DNA of 64,000 nucleotides from the NCBI GenBank assembly GCA_002189035.1, contig NEEC01000007.1:1488001-1552000 (forward strand), read 5' to 3'. Shown here piece after piece: positions 41,006-55,100 of the stretch. How positions within the stretch are numbered: position 1 is the first letter of the stretch; each line of letters opens with the position of its first letter. This DNA comes from Utricularia gibba (Eukaryota > Plantae > Magnoliophyta). Both the position numbers and the translations under genes were made by a program. The notes beneath the pieces were generated by a model. The model did no database searches. It saw nothing but the letters and a program-made list of their open reading frames with translations, and was not told the origin of the DNA.

Positions 41006-42687
41006 TCACGCCGCCTGAATCTTGGAATTCTCCGGGAACTCGCTGCTACCGATTACTCTTTTCCAGAAGAAATGCTCGCTCCAGATCTTGTCCATTTTCT
41101 CGATGGGGATGCCCTTCGTCTCCGGCAGGAAAAAATACACGAAAATCGACATCGTGAGTACCCACGCCGCGAAGAAGATGAAAAGCGCTGATTTGAAATG
41201 GCAGAGCATCGCCAGAAAAGCTTGGGCAATCACAAACGTCATCGATAAATTCACCGCCACCACGATGCTCTGCGCCGCGGACCGGATTTCCAACGGGAAA
41301 ATCTCGCTGGTCACAACCCACCCCAGGGGACCCCAAGAGAGACCAAATCCGGCGATGTAAACGCAGGTCAGAATCAGAACCACGATTGCGTAACCTTTTT
41401 CCATTGTTCCGTGATCGCCCAATTTCGCCGCCATGATTACGCCCACAAGAGTCTGGCAAACGAGCATCTGCATTCCTCCGACGTGGAACAACGGACGGCG
41501 GCCCAATTTGTCGACGAGGATTACGGTGATTACCGTGAATGTGGAACCCACTATCCCGGTGAGCGTGGCAGCCAGTAGAGACACGCTCTCGCCGGTGCCG
41601 ATTGTGAGGAAGAGTATCGGAGCGTAGAAGGCGATGACGTTGATCCCAGTCATTTGCTGGAAGAACGGTATCATGACAGACATCACGAGCTGCGGCCGGT
41701 ACTTCCTCTGAAGCAGATTCCTAAACGGGTGTTTGATGGATTTGGAAGCGTAGCTTGCTTCGATTAGATCATGAAGTTCTTCATCAACATCATCTGTTCC
41801 TCTGATTTTTTGCAGAACTTTCTTAGCTTTGTCGTGTAAATGCTCGCTTTGCTCGATTAAACTGTTGGGAGTCTCCGGTACGAAGAGTGCTCCGAATGCT
41901 AGAACCACCGCCGGAACTCCGGCCATCGCCAGCGAAACCCGCCACCCCCACCCGCCCGGATCTTCACCGTGCCGTAGTTGATCAGGGTAGCCGTGTTGTA
42001 GCCTATACTCACGCATATCTGAAAGGCTACATTAAATGCTCCCCTGTACTTCGATGGCGCCATCTCCGACAAATACAACGGGACCGACTGCATAAAGGAG
42101 AAGCCACCAGTTAAATCTAAGAAGCCGAGTAGAAGGCGAATGAGTTATTCCTGATTACCTGGTTTGTAAACCCAAGTCCGACGCCGAGGAGAAGGCGGCC
42201 CAGAATGAGCATATATATATTGAGAGCAGCGCCGCCAATGGCAGCTCCGAGCATGTAAGCGAGACCACCAATGATGATGGACTTCCTCCGGCCATACTTG
42301 CGAGTCACCGTCGCCGCGAAGAAGGACGAAATCAGGCCGGAGATGTAGAGGGATGAGGTGAAAACCGTGAGAAGCTGGCTGTCGAATTTGCAGTAGTTGC
42401 TTATTCTCGTATCCTGCTTCATCTTCCGGTGCACTCCCGGAAAGAATTTCTCCAGAAACGGATCCATCGAAGTCACCCCTCCTGCTCCCCAAAACCAGAT
42501 AAAATCCATTCATCACCCACAAACCACACAAACCAACAACACACTAAAACAAGCTCACCGGAAACACCAACATCGTAACCGAAGATTATCCCCCCGAGGC
42601 GGCGATCATGCAAGACAGTACGACGAACACGGTGATTCCCCCATTGTACTGCCGGTCGTCTGCTTTGATGGCGACACCCACAGCCAT
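41006..42687 (-). CDS. Sugar transport protein (STP3/HEX6-like MFS hexose transporter), two apparent 1-nt deletions
   Basis: Exons 42687-42559, 42481-42159, 42087-41006. IFGYDVGVSG|GVTSMDPFLEKFFP, NQ|SVPLYLSEMAP, PETPNSLIE, FFQQMTGINVIAFYAP, SWGPLGW, FFLPETKG. The frame breaks at 42590-42595 and 41955-41957. Confidence 0.93.
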
Positions 42688-44315
42688 TTTCCGAGTTCCG
42701 AAACAAGAGGTAGTTGAGTTGAACGTATCGTATGGTTGCTCATGACAATGGTCTCATATTTATAGGAACAGAATGAATAGCCCCCAATTTCCCAAATTAA
42801 AATAAATAGAAAAAAAAGATGACTCCTTTTACGTAATTTCCCAACACCATAAATAACTCTCATCTCATCATAAATCTTGATTTTGGTAATTCAAGAAAAT
42901 CCACAGCCATGAAAGAGCTTCCTGTTTTTGTAGCAGGCGCAGACCGGGCATCGGAATAATTTCTTTCCAGAAATAATCAACAAGAAAGCAAATTCAGACA
43001 AAAAAAAAATAACGGAAGAGAACAGAAAAACAAACAAACTCACATGGTGACATTGGAGAAGGGTACAGAAAATGAGAAAAACGAATGGATGCGAAGGGGT
43101 GGGAGGCTGGGGACAGGCCTCACGAGCCACACAAAGAGTGGGGCACCAAAAGACAAACCAGCTTTAGTGAGTGATTGGTACCAGTAGTGCGTAGGGTAGA
43201 AAGGGAAGTGGGGGACGAATTTTCTTCACTCCCCTTTTCTTGGGTGGGTTAGTAACGCATTGTAATGTTGAGTTTTCTTAGGTCTAAAACACAAGGATTT
43301 CAAGCATTGGATAGTAAATCAGTGTTATGTAAAATTTTTAAAACATATTTCTATTTTTTAAAAATAAAAATAGTCTTATTCTAAAATAATTTTAATTGCA
43401 AAAGTAATTATATATAAAAAAATACTTTTAAAATTATACTACAAAAATTATTTTTTAAAAAATTAATAAATTGATTAATTTTACAGAACACTAGTTAATA
43501 TTATTTCTAGTATCGATAAATTTTAAGTTTTTCTCATCTTTGAGTGAATATGTTTTCAGATTATCAAGAATCTGTTCTATTTTTAAAATCTATGATTCAA
43601 ATTCTATAGAATAGCATCATTTTTAATATTATAAAATGAAATAGATTAAATTTAATAAAAAAGAATTTTATTAACTTCTAATAGAAAAAAACTTAAAATT
43701 TAAAACAAATGCGTGTGCTTTCTTTGTTCATTATAAGTATTAATAATTTTACGTTTTTTTCATCATCAATAGATCAATTAAGAAGATTAGTTCATTCAAG
43801 CATGTTGCATCTTGAAATTGGTGATGTGAGAGAAAATATTCTAAAATTTAATTATTCAAGTATGTTCCATCCATTTGCCCCCCAAGAAAAAGGAGGCAAT
43901 TTCATTTTTCCTCCCCTAGAGTATGAATAATTATTTTTTAAAAAAGTAATCATCTTTTATATTCTATCTTAAATTAAAAAATATTCAATCCGTATATAAT
44001 AATTTTGTAATTTGATTCAAAAAATTAGGTCTTGATTATTTTTAATATTAATATGTTGGTTTAATATGTGAGAAAAAACGAAAATCGAAATTTGAGGTTA
44101 GTGGGAAGTTCGGTTCATTGGATGCACTTTTCAAGATCTGCATGAGTTTCTCATTCTGAATCTTTATCCCGTCAACGTTCTTTGACTGCTCGCATGGCGG
44201 CGGGATTCGGTATCTTTTTGGAAAAGGAAATGAAGAAAAGGGAAGGGGAAATTACGATTTCCCCTCACAATAAAATCAATTTTACTCGCGGTGATTTGCC
44301 AAGGGCAACTCATCC

Positions 44316-46102
44316 ATGGTCAATTTCCATTTCCCAGTCCTACGGAGTTCTTTCGTCACTGGGTCTTCTTCTTCACTCTTTCAGCGGAGACGGGTGTTGC
44401 CACTGGTTCCATTTCATCCAACATTTACGAAGAGGCCAGTGCGCTCAAGCGTAACGGGGGCTACGAGTATGGTTAAAGCTATAAGGGTTCATCAACTTGG
44501 CGGCCCGGAAGTAGGGATTTGTTTTCCGTTTTTCGTTTTTGATTTTATTGGGTTTCGGTGTGCGAGGGCTTTGTTGATCGAAAAAAAATAAAAGGGGGCT
44601 CTTTTATTGGGGGCTCGTGCTCGTGAATTCAGTGGCACGGGTTTGCTGCTGGATTGGGGTGTGCTCGATGACCTGAAAAATCCTTGGTTGTCAGTTGGGT
44701 AGACCATCAATTGTGTATGTTAAAGGAATTCGTGGTTGCAGGCTATCTTTGAGTAACCTCTGTTTGATAATTCGTGCAAGAATCATGTCTTCGAGTCATA
44801 TTTTGAGTAACCTCTTGGTAATTTGTATTGTTATAGGTTTTGAAGTTGGAGGATGTAGAGGTGGGGGAGCCCAAGGATGGAGAGGTCAAAGTTAAAAATA
44901 AGGCTATTGGTTTCAACTTCATAGATATATATTTCAGGAAGGGGGTTTACAAGGCCTCATCACTTCCATTCACCCCAGGTTTCACCATATCTCTCTCTTT
45001 AACTGAGGGCTGCATTTTACCTTTGAGACCAGTTTTGTAACTCGAAAACAGTCGTGGATAAGCATTGAATGATCAATCAATGGGGGGAATTCTTCTTGGT
45101 TGCAGGGATGGAAGCTGTTGGTGAAGTGGTGGCTGTCGGATCTGGAGTCACCGGGACAAATGTTGGAGATGTTGTTGCTTATGCTGGTCTTCCAATGGGT
45201 GCCTATACTGAGGTGCAAATACTTCCTGCCAGCAAAGTAGTTCCCGTGCCTCCTTCTCTTGATCCTGTTGTTGCTGCCTCAGTTATCCTCAAGGGAATGA
45301 CAGCACAGTTCCTTGTTCGCCAGTGTTTTAAGGTCAGTCACTGTATAAACTCTTTGATGAAAGGCATTATTCAGTTACTTACACTAGCAGCATACGGTTC
45401 ATCCACCAGAAGAATCAGCCTCATACGAATCCTAATAATTTCGCAGGTCGAATTGAGGCACACTATCCTTGTTCATGCAGCAGCTGGTGGAGTCGGGTCT
45501 CTGTTATGCCAATGGGCAAACAATCTTGGTGCCACGGTCATTGGAACAGTCTCAACCCCAGAAAAGGCAGCTCAAGCCAAGGAAGATGGTTGCCACCACG
45601 TTATACTCTACAAAGAAGAAGATTTCGTTGCTCGTGTCAACGAGATAACATCAGGAAAAGGTGTTGATGTGGTCTATGACTCTGTTGGCAAGGACACCTT
45701 CGAGGTAAAACTCACCTCCTTCCTCACATAAGTGAGTTCATATCACCATCCAGGGATCACTTATTTAACTAAGAGATGTTTTGCTAGGGATCACTGGCCT
45801 GCTTAAAGATCCGTGGCTACATGGTGAGCTTTGGGCAGTCTTCTGGAACTCCGGATCCGGTACCCTTATCAGCAATTGCTCCCAAGTCTCTCTTCTTGAC
45901 GAGGCCATCTCTCATGCAATACACAGTTACACATGAAGAGCTGCTGCAGGCTGCTTCTGAAGTTTTCACGAATGTGGCATCCGGAGTCCTTCGTGTTCGC
46001 GTGAATCATACTTATCCCTTGTCTCAAGCTGCAGAAGCTCATGCTGATGTTGAGAACCGGAAAACTTCGGGCTCAGTTGTCCTCATACCTGATCAAGCTT
46101 GA
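44316..46102 (+). CDS. NADPH:quinone oxidoreductase (zeta-crystallin/QOR-like, MDR family) with N-terminal transit peptide
   Basis: MVKAIRVHQLGGPE|VLKLEDV...NFIDIYFRKGVY...PG|MEAVG; ILVHAAAGGVGSLLCQWA; VDVVYDSVGKDTF; VSFGQSSG; ends GSVVLIPDQA* at 46102. Confidence 0.93.
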
Positions 46103-46386
46103 AGAAGGTGTTTTGAGTTTCAGTAGCAAGACAAGTGTACGCTGTACTGTGCTCATTGGGCCTGGTAGTGGGCTGGGCTCCTTGTTATATAACTCCAAAA
46201 TAAATGATTATTGGGCTGGGCTTTGTGATTCAGGATTGGGCATTTGATTTTGGTCTAAGAATTTGAATATTCGACTGAAAATTCGTTCCCCGGTTAGGGA
46301 GGAAGAGGGATCTTCTCTGTATTTACTTGCGATCCGTCGATTGAATTCCCGGGAACTGTGGGATTCCCGGCGATTATCTTGGAGAG

Positions 46387-48557
46387 ATGGTGCTGAAACA
46401 AAAACTCCATGAAGCTTTCAAGGGAACCGTGGAGCGGATTACTAACCCCCGCACCGTCTCCGCCTTCAAGGAAAAAGGGGTTCTTAGTGTTACCGAGTTT
46501 GTTATTGCGGGCGATAATCTCGTCTCCAAGTGCCCCACCTGGTCTTGGTAAAAAAAGTTCTCTTATTGATTTTTTTTATTTCTCCGAATTTTCTCAAGTT
46601 TTTGAGTGCCATCATGTTCATGCAGTGCGTATCTGATGTGGAATGATTTATAAGTTAAGAGAAACTGCGTGTATCTTTGTGGAATTAACTGTATTTTAGG
46701 ACAGAAGATTTAGTCGATTAATTTTGGCTACTACTGTTAAATTTCTGTTTTATAATTTGTGTCGTAGGGAATCAGGCGAACCTAGCAAAAGGAAGTCATA
46801 TTTACCTCAAGATAAGCAGTTTCTGATCATTCGAAATGGTAATTACACTCATTTGTACTCGGAAGCTGTTTTCTGACGCTTGAAAGCACGCTTTTTCTTT
46901 TTTTTTTTTTTGAGCTAGTGTTTGTGTATATTTCTTGACATGCATATGTTCTCTCTATCAAACGCCGTGAATAATATTTATGAATCGCTTACCCTGGTTT
47001 TTCTTTTTCATGAACATTCAGGAAACTTTTCTGGTTTCTCCTATGAGGAGTTTTCTAACTGAGATTGCTTTCGTGATTCCTTTATTTTTTTGATCCATCT
47101 TGCTTTCTTTATTCCCACGATCCTGGACTGCAGTCCCCTGCCTGCGGAGGGCTGCTTCAGTTGAAGAAGATTATGAGGCTGCTGGAGGTGAAGTTGTACT
47201 TGATGACGAAGATTATGGCTTTGTGGCAACTCATGGAAAACCTAAAGGTGAGAATTGTTCTCCAGAACTAAAAGACTTGTCTTTGGTGTAACCATTGTTT
47301 ATGTTTCTAGAAAGCCACGAAACTGATGGTGAGAATCTCCCCTCCATGGAGAGCCTGGAGATCACCAAGAAGACCACAATCCAATCTATATCTTCCTATT
47401 TTGGAGGAGAAGAAGAGAGAATTCCAGATCTTGATGAGTTTGATGAGGCGGACAATGTGATCGAAAACGATCCAGTAAGTTTCACTCTTGGGTTTTGGTT
47501 GAACATTCATTTATTTCCAAATAGCATGAAGAATGCGAAAAATGATTCAAGTTGTGGCATTCTCTCTATATTTTCTTATCACACTAATGGCATGAATAGC
47601 ATTAATTTTCATCAAATTGTGAAGCATTTTGTTCATATAAACTCTTTTAAGTTATACTCATGGTTCACACCTGTTTCTTCATAAACTGGTTTAGGCCACA
47701 CTTCAGACTCCTTATCTTGTTGCCCATGAGCCTGATGATGACAATATCCTACGAACCAGAACATATGATGTTAGCATCACGTAAGATGAAATTCACTTTA
47801 GACAGACCTGTTAACATTGAAGTTTCTGTAACTTCTATTCTTTCTCTTGCAGATACGACAAATATTACCAAACTCCTCGGGTGTGGCTCACTGGGTATGA
47901 TGAGGTCAAATCCCACTTCTTCCGCACGAATTTCCTTCCTAGTTATGATTTCATCACCTGTTCTTGTTTGCTAAATTATTTTTCCCATGTCTTTTTTTCC
48001 AGTCAAGAATCCTATTGAAACCTGAACTTGTTTTGGAAGACGTGAGTCAAGATCATGCACGAAAAACAGTGAGACACAATCTCAACCTTTTCCCATTTTT
48101 TCTCTTGTCCCTTAGCTCCCATCATTTCAAAACCGCGTGGAAAAATGCTGTAGAGCATTGTTTATGCTTTTAAAACACATCATCTCCACTCATTTTCACA
48201 GCATTAGTATTTGTGTCCGCACGAATAGGTGACCATTGAAGACCATCCACACTTGCCGGGGAAGCATGCCTCTGTTCATCCTTGTCGTCATGGGGCTGTA
48301 ATGAAAAACATGATTGATGTTCTCATGTCACGCGGAGTGGAGCCCGAAGTTGACAAGTAAATGCTTTATTCACTCTTTCTCATATATGAATGCTGCCTGG
48401 CTAGTCTAACGGAGTTATTTGTACACACGAGCTCAAATCCGCATTTGATACTGTAAATAGGTACCTCTTCTTGTTCTTGAAATTTGTGGCCTCTGTGATC
48501 CCAACCATCGAATATGACTACACCATGGACTTCGATCTCGGGAGCTCTTCCTCCTGA
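46387..48557 (+). CDS. ATG3: Autophagy E2-like enzyme ATG3
   Basis: MVLKQKLHEAFKGTVERIT...EFVIAGDNLVSKCPTWSW|ESG...DKQFLIIRN|VPCLRRA; RTYDVSIT|YDKYYQTPRVWLTGYDE; catalytic ASVHPCRH; FLKFVASVIPTIEYDYTMDFDLGSSSS*. Nine exons. Confidence 0.96.
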
Positions 48558-49195
48558 TTCCATCTCCAACACCAGGTTTTGGTTTTTTTTCCCTTCTGTT
48601 TCATCATTTCTCACCCTCATCAGTGATCCAAGTTTACTCCTTTCCCCAGATAAAGGGACGGGACGGAGGACATTGCTCTGCAACCGCTTGTAACTTTATC
48701 ATGCCTTCTATTGCATATATCATGTCGTGAATAATTTCATGTGTAAAGATTCTTTGGCGTGGATATACGTGGATTCTTCTAGAAGCACCGATGAGGGTGA
48801 TATTCTTGAAATTTTCAAACGGGAGAAATTAATATTTAGAAGCGTTTTCCCAGTTTCAAAACCAAACATTTGATTAAATAATATTATTTGATTTTTTATT
48901 TGTAAAATAAAGTAAAGACTGCAAGGATACTAACGTATTTTTTAGTTATTTAATATTAATATTAGTGTGTAAAACGCCATCACTTTTGAAGTCAGATACC
49001 TTTACATAATGTGGGCTTTTGAGCCTTTCATTGGGCCTTGGAAAATATCCGATTTCATTTCCCTTAATTCCCATGCCGATTTCTTCCCGCCATTCATCGG
49101 CCAATTACGTTTTTCTTCAGTGTACGACGACGACGCCAGGAACTTGAAGGTAGCGTAAGCCCTGGGAAACGCCATCGATTCAGTTCACTGTTTCA

Positions 49196-52100
49196 ATGGA
49201 GGACGGTGGGGGCTATGGAGTCCCCAAGACGCGGCGAGATCGTCAGCAGGCTGGAATAATCTCCAGAATCCGACTAGAGAACTTCATGTGCCACAGCAGT
49301 TTTGAGATGGAGTTCGGAGATTGGGTCAATTTTGTCACTGGCCAGAATGGGAGTTAGTTTCTTGATTGCTTTTTTGAATTGTTCGTTTACGTTCGCCTTT
49401 TGTTTTGATACTGAACTAAGTCTAGTTTTGTGGTGTTAGGTGGTAAGAGTGCCATATTAACGGCTCTTTGTGTGGCATTTGGGAGCCGGGCACGTGGCAC
49501 GCAGAGAGCGAATACCATGAAGGATTTTATAAAGACCGGATGCAGGTTCTTATCGTTATCATACAAATTGAAACAAGTGCTTCATAAGGGCCGTGGGTGG
49601 CGATCATTGTGCATTTCTTAGTAGCAATAATTAAAAGTTTCCGGACTTGCTGAGATGGTTCGAGACATTTGATTTAATTTTCATTTGGTGTGAAATAAGA
49701 AATTCTATTTTAACTATATCATCGATTATCTGCTTCATGCTACATTTCTTTACTTTTTTACAGCTATGCACTGATTGAAGTTGAAGTAAAGAATGAGGGG
49801 GTAGATGCATTTAAGCCAGAACTGTACGGATCATTCATTATTGTTGGACGAAGGATAACTGAATCTGCCAGTTCCATCACGTTGAAAAACAGTCAAGGTT
49901 TTCCAATGTTGTTTTCTCATTTCGTGCCCCTGTGTTTACGCAATTTTATAATCATGATGTAAGACATCAACTGTATGTGTGCATTTGGTTATACAATGCT
50001 GAAACTAGCGCACAACAGGATCCATACAGCAATCCAAAAACCAATTTTTTTCTCCTTTGCTGATTCTTTGTTTTGAAGGTCGAAAGATTGGCACAAAGAA
50101 AGAGGATCTGCGTGAGATTGTGGAACACTTCAATGTGAGTTTCTTACATTTGTATGCTCCCAATTATGTGACAACTCTTTTCATTTTGTAACATTTTCAT
50201 CATTTTGATTTCCGTACGTGAAATCCATTCTCAGTTATGTGCTTCATACACAAATTTACCTGGTGAATTATCTACGTTGTGCTGTTTTAAAATAATTATT
50301 TAAGTTGTGCTTTATCGATATGTTTAACGAAATACATGTTTTTAATCTCGTTTGTGCTCTCTTATTCAGCAATCACCACGAGGTCATTATGCTCTAGCCA
50401 TTTTTCTCATTCCTATTGATAAGGATACATAGTAGCCTAGTTCTCCTGGTTTTTCTGCTAGTATACTTACAAATCTAGGCTCCTTAGTATTGCATAACAA
50501 CCACCGAGAAGTTTTTGTTTCTTTTTCTGTTTTGCAGATTGATGTAGAGAACCCTTGCGTAGTCATGACGCAGGACAAGAGCAGAGAATTTTTACATTCA
50601 GGGAGTCCTAAAGATAAGTTCAAGGTTGCCGTTTTGCATCTGTTTCTCCACTTTGGTCGCTGAAAGATTATTCTTAATATTACGTTTTCACGTTGACTCA
50701 CAATCTTTTTGGCATGATCTGTTTTTAGTATGCCTGGCTAAATTTAAATGCCATTTTTGTAGTTATTTTTCAAGGCGACACTTCTTCAGCAAGTAAATGA
50801 TTTGTTGAGCGATATTGAAAGGCAGATGACGGATGCAGCCACCCTGGTTAATCATTTGGAGGACTCCCTTAGACCAATATTGAAGGAAATAGATGAATTG
50901 CAAGAAAAGATCAGAAATGTCGAACTTGTGGAGGAGTTGTCCCAACAGGTGCAGTTGCTGCGAAAGAGGCTAGCTTGGGCATGGGTCTATGACGCTGAGA
51001 AGAAACTTAATGACCAGCTTCATAAAGTTGAAAAGCTTAAGGGCAGGGTTCCAGACTGTCAAGGAAGGATTGACCAGTACCATGTGAGTCCCTTAACTAA
51101 TTTCATAAAAAATTTTGGTATCAAAAGAAAATGGTGTTACACTGCTAATTCATTGAACACCTGATGGAATCTAAAGACTGTGTTGAACTGCCGACTATTT
51201 TTGGTCATTGAACTACATGATGGAATCATTTCCCAAGTAAATTCCCGTTGTGTTTGCAGTCCAAGATGGAAGAGCTAGGCCATCTACTGGAAGAGAAGAA
51301 ACATCAAATATCAGAGATGATAGATAAGACATCTGAAGTGAGAAGGAAAAAGGAAGAATTGAACCACAGTCTTTCAATGGTAAGTTTTCTAGGACTGCCA
51401 TATTTTTTGATGTATATCTTGCGTGTCCCTCTGCTTGTGTGCTCATGGATAACAGTTTAATGCCTTGTTGATTCATTTATTTTTTCATTTTCTTCTAGCT
51501 TCGTGGTTTTTTTTTGTTTTTGTTCCCAACACATGTAATCATTTAGCTTTTTGCTTTTTCATAGGCTGTGCGGGAGCGTGTTGAGGTTCAAAGTGAAAAA
51601 GATCGCGTGGATGGGAAAATTCAAAAGATTGCTCAACAGATTGATTTGATAGAGAATCAGATTCGTAGCATTCATGAGGAGTATGTTGGGAGTACCCAGG
51701 TTTCCTTCTTGCTTTTTTTTTTTTTTTTGCTTCAATGAACTCTGCAAATATACAATGATTAGAGCGACAACTGGTTTTAGGACCCTGATTCTATTTCTCA
51801 TTTATTTTCTTTCCAATATTTCCCAGAGTAACTTAAAGAATTCTTTTCATATTCAAACTCCTTTCATATAGTAAATGTACTGTGATTGACATTTGAGTTG
51901 TACACTTGGATGTTTGATTTGGGAAACCCAACCTAACTGAAGCTGGGTTACGGAACAACTATCTTTTATGCTGTTAAATTCATTTGTTGATGCAAACAGC
52001 ATATGTTATTAAATGCTAGCATCCTAGCAGCTAGGGTAATGATTTGATTGGTTATAGGCTGAAGAAGATGAGATAAGGGGTAGGCTTGAAAAACTTCGCG

Positions 52101-55100
52101 CTGATATCGAGGAAGCTCAGGGTAGTTGCCAGAGGTAGCATTTGCACTCTCCTTCCTCTTTTTTTGTTTTCATCTTTTACCTTTTTTTTTATAATCATCA
52201 CTTCTCTCAGAATGAAGCAAGAAGAGAACGAAATTGGGCCAAGGATTGCCTCATTGGAGCATGAAATTGAAAACATATCCAATGAGGTAAGGATGATTCA
52301 AAAATTCGGCAATGCTTAATCAACTCATTCTGCTCCAGGGTAGTATTGCAATTGGGATATAACTCTAGGATCTTTGGCATACTATTTTTGGGTCTGAGTA
52401 TTAAATATTTAGCATTTGAAATTTTACTTCTCTGAAGATGTTTTTTGGCATTATTCTTGTATATTATCAATCTTCTTCTCTGTGGGTTTCCCAGAAAAAT
52501 TGAACATATCGGTCACTTCTTTTCAGATAAGGGAGTTTGAGAGGATTCATCGAGGTATTACGTCTCGTGTCAATGAACTGCACGCTAATCAAAGAAACAA
52601 GGTTTGACAAACTCATACTGCAAACATTCACTGTACCTCCACTTTCTGTATTTGGCAAGCATTATAGATATATGCCCTGTGAAGGTTACTGCATTCGGTG
52701 GAGGTCGAGTAATGAGTCTTCTGCAATCCATCGAGCGGAACCAATACAAATTTAGAAGCCCTCCACTGGGTCCCATTGGAGCTCACGTGGTAACTATTGT
52801 TACTTAATCCGTACTGTTGCTACTATTTTATGGTATCCAAATTAGCGATTATTCTATTTGAGTAATGTTGGACTCTATGATTTGTTGCTAAGGACGAATA
52901 ATCTTTTTTTATAGTTCTTTGAACTACAGTCCCAGTTGAAGTGTTGTTCTGGAATGACTATACCTCTAGTATTTACTCTGGTTACTTCAACCTCAAGCTG
53001 GATTCTCGCTGAGTTACCTATGCCTTCTATTGCAGAAACTGGAAAACGCAGATTTATGGTCTGTAGCTATTGAACATGCTGTTGGCCGGTTGCTCAGTGC
53101 TTTCATTGTTACTGACAGTAGAGATGCTCGCACCTTAAGAGCATGTGCCAAAGAAGCAAACTACAATAGCTTACAAATAGTAATATATGACTTCAGCAAA
53201 CCAAGGTAATATTCGAGATTTTGAAAGTAAATATGACCATTGATCTTGTCTACTTTGCAAACTATTCTGTCTCCTCTCTACTGGTAGAATTGATATCCCA
53301 AGGCATATGCTTCCCCAAACTGACCATCCCACAGCGCTTTCTGTTTTGCATTCTGACAATGCTACGGTGTTGAATGTTCTGGTTGATATGGTAACGTATT
53401 TTTCAATGTCTTCCTAGAGTTTGAGCTTGCTGGTTTTTATTTTATTACAGAATGTTCAATATTTTTATCTTTTTTCTTGTAGGCTAGTGCAGAGAGACAA
53501 GTTCTTGTTGAGAATTATGATGTTGGCAGAATGATTACATTTGATCAGAGAATTCCAAATCTTAAGGAGAGTATTGCGTCAGATGGGACTAAGATGTAAG
53601 TTGAACGGCCAGAGTGGAGATATTATTAATATCATATATGTAAATCTACAGTTCTTCAGACTTTTCTCCAATTTTACAGCATCATCACTTGTGTTATCTA
53701 GTGAATCTGTTACAATGGTAAATCTATGTTTGAAAGAAAATCAGACAGGCGGTGCTTTATCCCATATTTTTGTATCAACCCATTTCATGCTGACCAATGA
53801 AAGACGAAAGAGCTGATTGGATCAAAGGGCTTGATCTTTAAACGCATTGCCTGTTTTGTGCTACTGATGGCTCCATGCCCTAATAGCATTTGTTTATGCT
53901 GTCGCTACTCCACCAAACTGATCTGATCTTGTGTTGCAGGTTTTATCGTGGTTCAGCACAAACTACTCTTCCACCCAACAGAAATTTGAGAGGTGGCCGC
54001 CTTTCTGGGTCATTTGACAAGGAGATTCTGGATCTGGAAAGACAAGCCATGAATGCAAAACATAGTGTGGAACAAGCCAAGAGCAAGAAAAGGGGAAGTG
54101 AAGGGGAGTTGAGAGATCTTCAAGATGCATTAAACAGTGTAAAGGTATTTTCTCTACCTGCAACATTCCAACTATTCTCAGAATGCAGGTGCATGCATAT
54201 CGAGGCATGTAAGTTCAAAAGCCATTATGAGCCATCACATCTTCTTTAAATGAAATTGTACAAAACTCACAAAAACAACGATAATCATGTGTCTGTTTCA
54301 GTTTTTCTCCTTGGTGTACTTTGCAATTGTGTACTGTTTCATGGATATGATGGTCAACTGGGGAAGGGGGATGCAGGTTAAAAGTTTTCAATTGGATATA
54401 TTGTATGTGACAGCGAAATTTTATTTTTTTTATTCATCTGATGAATCATATTCATGAAAAACTGCCAATTTGTTGTGACTTTGTTCGTGTTTAATCTGTT
54501 CAAGTCACCATTTTCATCTGTAGATCTTGTGGTAGATTTTCTTAGGGTTGCATTTCATTTCTTGTTGTGGCTCTCCAGTTTTTTTTCTTGGATCTTTAGC
54601 TAATTTCCTTCAAGTTTTTTTTTTAGATTCCCTCATAGTGCATTCTTCTGTGACTCTTGTAGAACAAGCGGATAAAACTGGAAAGGAATATTAGGAGTCA
54701 GGTGTTTGAGTTGGAAGACATAAAGAAGTCACTTTTGGCTGATGCTGGTGGTACATCAGTGTCTAATGAGAGTGAACTTCGTGAAGATATTTGTGTAATG
54801 TTTCTCTTGCACATGGCATTGCGATGCTTTTTTTTTTTTTCGCTAATCTACTTTCTGGTGTCTTATTGTATCATTTTATTTTGTTGCTTTATCCACACGA
54901 TTCTTGATCCTCACCTTTTGAAATGTGTTCAGAAATTGCAAAACGATTTGCAAGAAAAGAAGTCTCGGCTGAAAATGCTTCAGAAGAGAGTAGATGATGC
55001 AGAAAGTAAAGCTGGAGATCTGAAAATATCGTTTAAAAAGCTTTGTGGTATGCTATTCATTCTTGATCTGCTAAGTAGTCCAATCTGTTCTTTTTAGAGA

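Noticed and set aside
41022-42114. Several overlapping ORFs around the STP gene
   Set aside because: Alternative-frame or antisense shadows of the transporter coding sequence.
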